DNA of 64,000 nucleotides, taken from Selaginella moellendorffii. Its lineage: Eukaryota > Plantae > Lycopodiophyta. The notes beneath the pieces are model-generated. The model made no database searches and was not told the DNA's origin. It worked only from the letters and a program-made list of their open reading frames with translations. The stretch covers positions 698,371 through 762,370 of the forward strand of contig NW_003314278.1 of assembly GCF_000143415.4 (NCBI RefSeq). Direction: 5' to 3'. How positions within the stretch are numbered: position 1 is the first letter of the stretch; the number at the start of each line of letters is the position of its first letter. Below are positions 49,182 through 58,271 of the stretch, one piece after another. The position numbers were made by a program, and so were the translations under genes.

Positions 49182-49871
49182 TCATATGTACTTCTCGATG
49201 GTGGTAATCAAAGTGGTCTCCGGAACGCAGCCTATGACAGTGTCCAATCTCTCGCCTTGCTTGAAGATCATGCACGTCGGGATGCTGCGAATTCCCAGCT
49301 CCGTTGCAGTCTTGGAGCTGTCATCGGTGTTAACTTTGTAACACTTGATCCTGCCCTTGTATTTCTCGGCAATGCTGTCGATCACCGGGTCCAGCATCCG
49401 GCACGGCCCGCACCAGGGAGCCCAGAAGTCCACCAAAACGGGAATCTCAGACTCGAGCACTAGAGATTTAAAGGTCGTGTCATCCACAGCTCCAGCTGGA
49501 GATCACAAAATCGAAGATCAGCATTGGAAAACATCATAGAAAAGACAAACTAAAAGTTCTCAAAATGAAAGTGCTACAGATCAGGCATTGGAATCCAATT
49601 GAATCTAGAGAAATCCACCTGGAGAGGCTTCCTTGGTCTCGGAAACGATGCAAGCGGCCGAGAATCGGCGCCTGAGAGCTCCCGTGCCTGTGCCGCCTCT
49701 CCGCTGCGATTTCAAGCTCGCGGATTTCCTCCACGACGCGCTGATTCTTGTCGACGACGAGGATGGAGAAGGCAACGCTGCGAATGCGACGCTCGAGGAC
49801 GACGCAGCTGCCGCGGGGCAAAACATAGAAGACGTGCACGTACCTGACGCGTCCACCACAGCAATCGCCAT
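49182..49871 (-). CDS. Plastid thioredoxin, m-type-like (2 exons)
   Basis: Ser/Ala-rich transit peptide exon; [19 protein letters not shown]...[22 protein letters not shown]. Confidence 0.9.
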
Positions 49872-50092
49872 TCTTCCTCCACTCCAAAGACCTAGGTCTG
49901 GGATAGAGGATTTTGGATGGACGCCATCATCTGGACCGTCCACGTACTGGATCAAACGGCCTTTAAACGCTCGTGGAAGCTTGTGGCTATGGTTTACTGG
50001 CACATCCACGCCGTTGGATGAGATTGACTCCAGTTAACTTAATGTAATGTTAATGTACACATTAATAGCTAAGAGGAGCAGTGACTTAACAT

Positions 50093-51437
50093 CTACCAGG
50101 GCCCAGTTAGCGTTCTCTTCAATGGCTTTGGCTTTGGTAAACACATAGGCTCGCTTTTGGATACAATTGCTTCCAATATCTGCGAAGAAAGGAAAATAAA
50201 TCTCAGCAAGATTGATTTCTTTTCCAGTACCTTTGCTTGCTTTCTATCCCTCACTTCGCATTCTTCCTGCAAGTTTCCTCGTTGTTTTAGAAACCAAGGA
50301 GACAAAAAGTCCAAGGATCTGACCTGTTGCTTCTTGAGCCTCGTATTCTCTTCCTTGAGGTGGCTCACTTCGGCTTCCAGCTCCACTGTGTAAGCCTTGG
50401 AAAAACATAAAACAAATCTTTGTCTCAGCTTTGACATCATCAATGCTAAATATCAAGAGTAGACAGGAAGAAAGAGAACCAACCTGTTTGCGAGCTCGAG
50501 ACCTCGCAGCCGACTCGCGATTCTTGATCATCCGTCGCTGCCTCCGCTCCAAAACCACCTCAACCGGTCCGTCCAGTCCCCTCTTCCGACCCCTTCCTTC
50601 CATCCCGAATCCCATCGAAGGAAGCCCAAAACCATTCCCTTGGCTGTCCGATCCGGGGCTCGGTGGAGAACTCGCTCCAAACATCCCAGCTTGTCCAAGC
50701 GCAGTCATAGCTCCTCCGTTTCCCATCTTTGAAGCGTTCATGTAAGCCGCCACCTCCACTTGCTGCTGGAGGAACTGCTGCTGCTGGCGTTGCTGCTGCT
50801 GCTGCTGCTGCTGGTGTTGCTGCTGCTGCTGGTGCTGCTGCTGCTGCTGAGAGATCGCGGCAGCCATCGTCGCAGTATTCCCATACTGGTTCGACGCCAG
50901 CCAATCTCCCTGCTGGTTGGACTCCATACCCAGCGCAGCAGCGTGAGGAACTCCGCCTCCATTCGCAGTAGCCACGACAGGCTTTGGGTCCTGAGCAGCG
51001 CCAGCTTCTTCGTTCATCACCCCGGCCTTGATGAGAAAATCCTCCAAAGTCATCTCTCCAAGAGTGGCTTGCGTTGCATGCGCCGCCTCTCGCCCATTCT
51101 CGCCTTGCGATTGATCCTCCTCGCCCGGCCGATGGATGCCCTTCCACACCTCGTCCACCGTCTTCCTGCTCAGAGTCCTCGGCAGCGGCGCCCGGAGGCT
51201 GGGCTGCCGGCACAGCGCGCTGTTGTCCGGCGCCATGGCCGCCGCCATTGCCTGGCTCTCCTCCGCGGTCCAGATGTTCTTGAGGAACTCGTCCATGTTC
51301 ATGGATCCGAAATTCTTCCCCGGCTCGCCGAGCGTCGTCTGGAGCTCGTCCAGCGTGAGCGAGTAAATGGAGGTCTGCCGAGCGATAGATCCCGCCCCAT
51401 GCTTCGCCCCATCCTCGCCCGCCGCTGCCGCCGCCAT
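50093..51437 (-). CDS. Group A bZIP transcription factor (ABI5/AREB/ABF-like)
   Basis: C1 RQTSIYSLTLDE, C2 RQPSL, C3 TLGEMTLEDFL, basic region ERRQRRMIKNRESAARSRARKQ|AYTVELE, C4 LKRTLTGPW; polyQ tract. Confidence 0.95.
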
Positions 51438-51670
51438 CGCAAATCCGCGCGCTGGATACACACCTCAATCTGGCATCCGAAGCAGCTAGATTCCGCGATC
51501 CATGTCGCTCACGCTCGCCATAGCCCACATTCTAGAAGGCTCGCTTTCCCCACGCAAGAGCACAAACCCTAGGTAAACCATGAGAATCGAGTCGTACGGA
51601 AATAGGGGCAGGTGTCACCCCCTAGAGCTTCTTGCGCGGCCTGGCCCCCGTGCACCGCGTTGGGTGCCAA

Positions 51671-51678
51671 CACGTGTC
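51671..51678. promoter_or_regulatory. ABRE/G-box (CACGTGTC) upstream of the bZIP gene
   Basis: Exact ACGTGTC ABRE about 235 bp upstream of the ATG. Confidence 0.4.
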
Positions 51679-51739
51679 CAAGCAGTACGAAAATCATACG
51701 GTGCATCGTATTTCTAGCACGCTACATACGGCAGCTTTT

Positions 51740-52608
51740 TTACGAGCTTGGGCTTGGAGCGTTTTTCATGAGCTCTTCTGCTTTCTTGTTGAGCGAGGTC
51801 TGGATGTAGCCTGTGGAACCATGCTCAAAGTCAGCTATGAAGAGCGATCGAAAGCTTGGATTTCTTTTTTTGCTCACCGATGGGAAGCCCGGCTACTGCT
51901 CCAAGAACAATCCCCAGAGATGATGTCCTCAATCGCCATCTCAACGATCCTGGCACTGTTTGATCAAATCGTTAGAAAGATCGAGCGAGAACGAGAAATG
52001 CGGAGGCTCTAGAGAGGAAATGCGAAGTGAAAACGAATGCCTGCGAAAGAGCGAAACTTACAAACAAGTCCCAGGGTTGCAGCGGTGGCGCTCGCAGCGA
52101 TGGCGGTGTTGAAAGCATCATCCACGTCTCTGTAGATCGCAAGAGCGTGCTGGAGGCCACAGTACATGGACGTGAAGAATCCAAGCTTGGCGCCTCCCGA
52201 CACCGTTCCTCCTGCGACTCTCACGAATCTTTGCTCCCAAACGTTCCTCCAAACTCTTTGCCGCTCGTTCCAAGTGCTACTTCCGGCCTGGGATGGAAGA
52301 AAAGGTTGCCAGTGCTACAACAACACACCAAACGAATGAAAATCTAAAGGGAGCAAATGAAGTAAAATCTCACAGCGGATGCTCGACCCTCCTTTAGCCC
52401 TCCAAAGATCATGCCCGCCACGATACCGATCGTCGTCTTGGATCCCCAGTCCTCAAACGCATCCTGGACCCTCTTGGACTGCAAAATTTCCGCATAATTC
52501 TCTATCCGCTATACTCCAGGAGAATCGAGAACCTACATTGAGATCGAAGCGATCGACTGGCGCAGGCGCCTCCTCCGCAGCCGCCATCGTCGTGGATTGC
52601 TGATCCAT
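51740..52608 (-). CDS. Tim17/Tim22/Tim23-family membrane protein, multi-exon
   Basis: Spliced: MDQQ...FDLN|SKRVQDAFEDWGSKTTIGIVAGMIFGGLKEGRASA|...GGAKLGFFTSMYCGLQHALAIYRDVDDAFNTAIAASATAATLGL|...; the Gly-rich TM pattern and R..DD..N motif fit the family. Confidence 0.75.
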
Positions 52609-52697
52609 GAGAGCTCCTAAAACCCGAATAGAGAAGAAGCTCCCATAAACCCTATTTCATACTTTAGGGTTCTTGCGAAGAGCGAAGGCGCGGCATC

Positions 52698-52937
52698 ATG
52701 AGGAAGATCGCAGACATCGGGTACAAGACGGTGACATCGCTGCTGGGCGTCGCGACCATCTACCTCGGGATCAATTTCTCCATGAATTTGTATTCCGCGA
52801 TCCAGTGGCACATCGAGCACAGAGTAAGGCGCTCTTTCTTTTTGCCCTTAAAATGCAGCATTTTTTCTTCTTCTTTCTTCTACCAGAACGATCCAAAGGA
52901 GGAAATCCAAGTCCCGCAACAGCCCCAGCAAGGATGA
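52698..52937 (+). CDS. COX14-like single-TM microprotein (~58 aa, 2 exons)
   Basis: MRKIADIGYKTVTSLLGVATIYLGINFSMNLYSAIQWHIEHR|NDPKEEIQVPQQPQQG*; intron at ~52824-52886. Confidence 0.7.
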   Translation: MRKIADIGYKTVTSLLGVATIYLGINFSMNLYSAIQWHIEHRVRRSFFLPLKCSIFSSSFFYQNDPKEEIQVPQQPQQG

Positions 52938-53037
52938 TCGCGCTCCAGAAAAATAACAGCGTCTCAACTCCTTGAAGAGCTCACGAACTTGGTCTCTAGA
53001 ATCACGAGATGAAAGAAATGTAAGTAGGCTTCCATTT

Positions 53038-54082
53038 TCAATACACTCGAGCTTCATTACCTGGCAGTGTGACTCCAATGTTGGCCAGCTGATCGGCTAG
53101 AGGATTAAATTCCTGATACCAGCCAGGAGAAACTTTCGATCAAACAAGAAAACCTGGGCTTTCGCTCACTCTATCGACGTGTTGGATTTTAAACTCCAAG
53201 AACTGCGATTTGAGGTACATTGCTTCCTGCCAGAGATCTTTGAGCCCTTCATTCCGAACTTTCCAGTGCTCCATTATCTGATGAAACTCGTCCGTAGAAT
53301 GAAAGAACTGTAAGAAAAGCTTTTACCTGTTCACAGACTAGCTTGGAATCTCCTTTCACAATTATCTTTTTAATCCCCTTGTCTAGTGCTGTTTTCAAGC
53401 CCAGGATCAAGCCACGGTACTCGGCAACGTTGTTGGTTGCGTGACCCACACCTTCGCTCATCTCACATTCCTGGATCATAATAAGCTGCGAGTGAGTACC
53501 CAAGAAAACACAATTTTTTAACAGGAAAAATCTTACCACATTGCCATCTGGGTCTTTGAGAAGAGCTCCAGCTCCAGCTCTTCCCGGGTTCCCTTTCGAT
53601 GCACCATCAAACTCTACCTGGTACACTCGTCCGGCTTGAATCGGTACAGCTCCTTGCTTGACCTTGGAGCAGCTGGACGAGGAAACATGGACTAGTTCCT
53701 GGAGCAAAAGAAAGTTCCAACTTTGTTTCAAAAGAAAGACGTTGAGCTACCTCGGCAGAGACGGCATCAGCGGAGATGCAAGCGATTTTCGGTCTTGGCT
53801 TGGCGACTGCTGCATCACCCATCACCGAACGAAGTACGGCCTCGGTCTTGGTTGGGCTGATCCCGTTCATGTAGCTCTCCGCGTCACTGAAGGAGCTGAA
53901 GCTCTTGTACTCACAGCCTTTGAATCCATCAGTCTCCAAAAAGGAAGAACAAAACGAAAGATTTTAGAAAAGAAGAGAAAGAGAAGAGCTCAATCGAGTA
54001 CCTGGCGTTTGCATTGATCCCAGCTCTCGTAGATACCTGGCTGCCTCCCCTTGCGAACGGCATACACCTTCGTCTTTCCCAT
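53038..54082 (-). CDS. Ribonuclease H1 (hybrid-binding domain + RNase H domain), multi-exon
   Basis: MGKTKVYAVRKGRQPGIYESWDQCKRQ|TDGFKG; FDGASKGNPGRAGAG, TNNVAEYRGL, GDSKLV, EFNPLADQLAN. Confidence 0.92.
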
Positions 54083-54137
54083 GAGCCTCACTTCTTAGCT
54101 TTAGGGCGAGCTCGCAAGCTAAATCACAGTCCCAACC

Positions 54138-55121
54138 ATGGCCGAGCGCGAGAACAAGGTCCCCGACTTCGCCGCCTGGCTGTTTGGAAGTATGATGCTT
54201 GTGTGGCTGCTGGTCGTAGCTAGCGAATTGCTCAATGGTCGATCGCGGCTACTGCCCATCATCGCCGGTTTCGTGTTCTTCCAGTCTTTCAATGGAGCTC
54301 TCGGCTCCTCCCTCTCCAGGCACAAAATTCGTCTCACACCAGCTTCTTCACCCCACGACTTCACGAACATTGGTGTCTCGTTGCTGCACTCGTTGCTCGT
54401 GTCTCTCTCTGGTACGCGAAGAATTCCTTCCCACATCTCTTTCTTCATTGCGCTAGAAACTTGGCTTTCCTCCAGTTGGAGCTTGCGTGCTCGTCGAGCT
54501 CTACCGCACTGGATCCGTCGCAAAAATGCTGGAGTTTGAAAGCTTGTACTCTCGCTCTTGGCCTGGAGCGTACTCGGTGCTAGCCTTCTCCTGTGGCTAC
54601 TTCGCCTATGACCAAGTCGACATGATTCGCAGGCACCTCTATCAAGGATGGTTTCCTCCGCTTCTCGTCCATCACTGGCTGCTGCTAAACTGCTTCACCC
54701 TGGCACTCCTCCGGAACGTTTCTATAAACTATCTAGTTCTCACGCTACTCTGCGAGGTGACTAAAACTTCCCTTGCATTGCTACCTTCACCTGGACCAAC
54801 TTCATTAGCTTCTAACAGATGCACTCGGTGTTCCTGCACTGGAGACGCATAAGCCGGATGACGGGCATACGAAAGCTCGGTAGCGTCGCCGTGATCACGG
54901 AATGGATTCTCAACTGGATCACTTACTTCACTTCCAGATTACTAGTGCATGGAGTCATATCCGTGAAGCTCTACATGGATGCCACCAAGTTCCCCAGTAA
55001 GATTGAATTGCTACTAGCTAGCTCAGGAATGCTCGGCCTGGACGTTCTAAACATCGTGCTTGGGCTGGATCTATGCCGGGCCTGCATGAAGGAGATGAGA
55101 ACCAAGAAAGCACGAGCTTGA
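54138..55121 (+). CDS. TLC (TRAM/LAG1/CLN8) domain membrane protein, 3 exons
   Basis: VSLLHS, FSCGYFAYDQVDM, LLVHHWLLL, LLCE|MHSVFLHWR, TYFTSRL motifs. Confidence 0.88.
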
Positions 55122-55152
55122 CAAACAAAAACACACATACCTGGATTGTTTC

Positions 55153-56559
55153 TCATTTCAGTGAGATGCTGGTGTTGACAAATATGTGTAAGAACAGGGC
55201 AAGGCACACTGTGACCCACACCAGAACTTTGGTAGCAGCGTCTTGAGAGAAACGAGTCCTGACCACGGCCGCCTTGGAATGAACCACGTCCCTGGAACTT
55301 CTCACATATGGAGCGGAGACGGCTATGACGAGGCCAAAGAAGGATCTCACTGCTTCGGCTGTCACTTTTCCAGCTAAATCCATGACGAGCATGCGATTGC
55401 TTGGAATCGTCAAGGCACCGAATATCTTCTCGAGAAAATTCCCAGGATCCTGTTGCAAGGCCGAAACCGCTTCGCTGCTATTGAAACTCACCGGTGTCAT
55501 GTCCAGGCGCGTCGTCTCTTTCGAGCTCTCGGACAGAACCTCGTATGAAGTTCGTACGAACGTATCCACGGCCCCGTTGCAAACACTCACGATCATTTCT
55601 TGGGCCGGAACTCGGTGGACGGGTTTTGTCACCGCTTCCACCATCTCCTCAAACATATTCACCTCCTGCGTTTTGTCCAAGTACGTCGACACCGTGGCCT
55701 CCACAAAGATCTGTATGCACTCCGCGAGAAGGGCTTTTCCTTTGGTGCTGCATGCCAGATCCAAAAGCCTGGCGGGCTTCCATTCCCCTGGTTCTTCACT
55801 CAATCTTCCATGAGTTCGCACGATCCCGTTGGCTCCCAGCTCGAAGATCTCTGGAGCCGACTCGTTCTCTAGCTCCGCCTTGCGCTCCATCTCTTCGAAG
55901 TAACACACCACCAAGTTTCTCACCGCACTTCCAACAATGGCTGACGCAAAACCTTTCCCGGGGTCACTGAAAAGCTTGTTTAGCAACTTCTCTGAAAGTC
56001 CTTCGTGCCTCATTGTTCTGCTAGGCTTGCTAGAGCTCCCTGGAACTGTTCGTTTCACCTCGAAGTTCTCATATCTCTCACGCCTCCATCCGTCACTGCT
56101 CTCTGCCCTGAATTGGAGCCTGTCCCTATACATGACCAGATTGTTCCTGTCTAGCGATTTCTCACGATGAGCCCTGGAAGGAAAAGTATCCTCAGGAGAA
56201 GTATCAGCCATAATCACCTTGCAGACGCTAGAAGTGGTGACTGCGACAAGATCCTGGAGTTCCGGACAGCGCAAGATCTTGAGGAGCTGCCGGATGCTGC
56301 GAGGAACCTCGCCTTCTTCGTTGCTCGATTCCAGAAAATCCTTGAGATCACCGGAGATGAGAGACGCCGAGTCGGCAGCGCTGGCCGCCGCCTGGAGCAG
56401 CTTCCCCAATCCATCCAAGATGAGAATTACTTGCCTCTTCCTTCTCTGAAACGACTCCGAGCGGTAATACGAGTAGGACGCGCAGCCCCCGGCAGCCAGC
56501 GCCGCGGCGATCAAGAAAGCCTTCTTGCGCCGGTGGAGGAGATCTACGAGCTGCTTCAT
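55153..56559 (-). CDS. PHLOEM PROTEIN 2-LIKE A10-like protein, intronless
   Basis: RRKKAFLIAAALAAGG, DLKDFLES..EVPRSIRQLLKI, GKGFASAIVGSAVRNLV, AVSTYLDKT-like and VCNGAVDTFVRTS motifs; first in-frame ATG at 56559. Confidence 0.82.
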   Translation of the reverse strand: MKQLVDLLHRRKKAFLIAAALAAGGCASYSYYRSESFQRRKRQVILILDGLGKLLQAAASAADSASLISGDLKDFLESSNEEGEVPRSIRQLLKILRCPELQDLVAVTTSSVCKVIMADTSPEDTFPSRAHREKSLDRNNLVMYRDRLQFRAESSDGWRRERYENFEVKRTVPGSSSKPSRTMRHEGLSEKLLNKLFSDPGKGFASAIVGSAVRNLVVCYFEEMERKAELENESAPEIFELGANGIVRTHGRLSEEPGEWKPARLLDLACSTKGKALLAECIQIFVEATVSTYLDKTQEVNMFEEMVEAVTKPVHRVPAQEMIVSVCNGAVDTFVRTSYEVLSESSKETTRLDMTPVSFNSSEAVSALQQDPGNFLEKIFGALTIPSNRMLVMDLAGKVTAEAVRSFFGLVIAVSAPYVRSSRDVVHSKAAVVRTRFSQDAATKVLVWVTVCLALFLHIFVNTSISLK

Positions 56560-56984
56560 TGGCGCTCCGGATCGATCAAGAACAGCAGGAAATCGAGGAA
56601 CCAGGGCGGAGGAAGAAATCGGAGAATTTCTGTCTTCTTTCCCAGATGAGAATTCTAATCCCAAACCGTCACGCAATCTTTCTTACCGCGCCGCTGCCCC
56701 GCCCGCCGCGCGCCTCGCGCCTAGCGCCGGCGACGCACCGCCATCGATCGAGCGGACCCTAGGTAAAACAATATTTTGCTCGAAACCCGTGAAGATTGAT
56801 GAATGAAATAATTTCTCTATGGGGCGGTGTCACTCTTCTCGCTTCTCCTTTGAAGATAAAAGCGAGCAAGCACGCGATGGCGACGTCACAAATATCTCTC
56901 GCAAGGACCTGGCACACGAGCAAACAAGGAAGAATGCGTCAGATCCTCCAAGATCTTGGGAAGAATAGTAGTTCGTCAACCCAC

Positions 56985-58106
56985 TTAGTGGCCAGCCAGA
57001 TGATCCATAGCCGAGGTCGCTTGAGATCCTAGATAGTACGTTCCAATGGTGCCGCCTTCTACACCGCCACCCCCAAGATCCACGCCAGTGGCATCGCCGC
57101 CGCCGCTGCCAGCGCCGCCTTGGTGGCCGCCTCCGCCGGGCTGATCGCCTCCGCCACCGGCAAAGACGCCATACTGCCCGGATCTCAAGCGCTCGCGCTC
57201 GCGATCCCTCTCCCTCTCCCGCTCCCTGTCTCGATCCCGCTCCCTCTCCCGCAGCTCTCTCTCCCGCTCGCGGTCTCGGTCTCTCTCGCGCTCGCGCTCC
57301 CGCTCGCGCTCTCGGTCCCTCTCGCCCAGCGGCCGATCCCTGGGGTCCTCGATCTCGCCCAGATCAAGAATGTCGGGTGCTGTGAGGATCGCCGACGCTC
57401 TCCGGGACCGCGCGGGCGCCGCCGGAGTCGGGGCGCACGACGAAGTGGATGCTGCCACCGCAGTGGTGCCCGGATCCACCCGCAATCTCGCCAGATGATC
57501 GTGGAGCTGGGCTCTCTCCCTCTCCTCGGGGTGATCCTCAGGCGTGGTGTCCAGCTGATCGCGATCCTCGTCCGACGAGGAGGAGCTCCTGGGCGCCTTG
57601 AAAGACCCGGACACCTCGAGGCTGCGCTTGAGGGTGGAGCTCTCGAGCGCCTCGCGGTCCGAGTGGCACGTCTGGACGGAGATGTTGAGGAGGCCGTGGA
57701 TCCTCCCCGACGGCCGCTGCAACTGGCACGCCATGTACTGGAGCCCGCCATCGCTCACGTCGCCCAGCGGGATCTTGGTGCTGCCCACGATGGGATCGTT
57801 GGTGCCGCTGCCCCGGCTGAAGATCTGGACGCACAGCTCCACCCCGCGCAGCGAGCCCGGGCGGGGGATGTACATCTTGTGATCCCAAGCTGGATTGGAG
57901 CCGGCGTTGTGCGCGACATGGGTGCAGTACTTCACCTCCGGATCGATCCAGGCCAGCGCGTAGGGGCTCATCCGCCCGAAGATGCAAGTGTCGCGCAATC
58001 CCTGCGCCGAGATGATGGTCACCTCCAAGCTGTTGTGGTGGCGATCGGCGCCGCCACCGCGCTCGCGATCCCGCTCCTCCTCTCGCCCCGCATTGGAAGG
58101 ATTCAT
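56985..58106 (-). CDS. C2-domain protein (SRC2/BAP-like) with RE/RD-rich and Gly-rich tail
   Basis: LEVTIISAQGL...MSPYALAWIDP...GSNPAWD...VGSTKIPL...LQRPSGRIHGLLNISV. Confidence 0.88.
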   Translation of the reverse strand: MNPSNAGREEERDRERGGGADRHHNSLEVTIISAQGLRDTCIFGRMSPYALAWIDPEVKYCTHVAHNAGSNPAWDHKMYIPRPGSLRGVELCVQIFSRGSGTNDPIVGSTKIPLGDVSDGGLQYMACQLQRPSGRIHGLLNISVQTCHSDREALESSTLKRSLEVSGSFKAPRSSSSSDEDRDQLDTTPEDHPEERERAQLHDHLARLRVDPGTTAVAASTSSCAPTPAAPARSRRASAILTAPDILDLGEIEDPRDRPLGERDRERERERERERDRDRERERELRERERDRDRERERERDRERERLRSGQYGVFAGGGGDQPGGGGHQGGAGSGGGDATGVDLGGGGVEGGTIGTYYLGSQATSAMDHLAGH

Positions 58107-58194
58107 CGCGCTGCTACACCCTGCGCCTAGCCCATCGCGATGGATGCTCTCTTTCCCTACTGGCCGCGCCCAAAAACTGCAAACCTCTCCGCGC

Positions 58195-58244
58195 TACGTG
58201 GCGCCTAGTTGGCAGTAAACCGAGCCAAGTGCCATCCACGTGGC
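58195..58244. promoter_or_regulatory. Paired ABREs (TACGTGGC, CACGTGGC) in a 165-bp divergent promoter
   Basis: Two ACGTGGC cores about 40 bp apart between the ATGs at 58106 and 58272. Confidence 0.5.
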
Positions 58245-58271
58245 AATTCCCGCTAGGGTTCCTCGTTCGCC

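Noticed and set aside
28195-49871. NTR and thioredoxin in the same window as a functional cluster
   Set aside because: They are 20 kb apart and in different compartments: m-type Trx is plastidial and reduced by FTR/NTRC, not NTRA/B.
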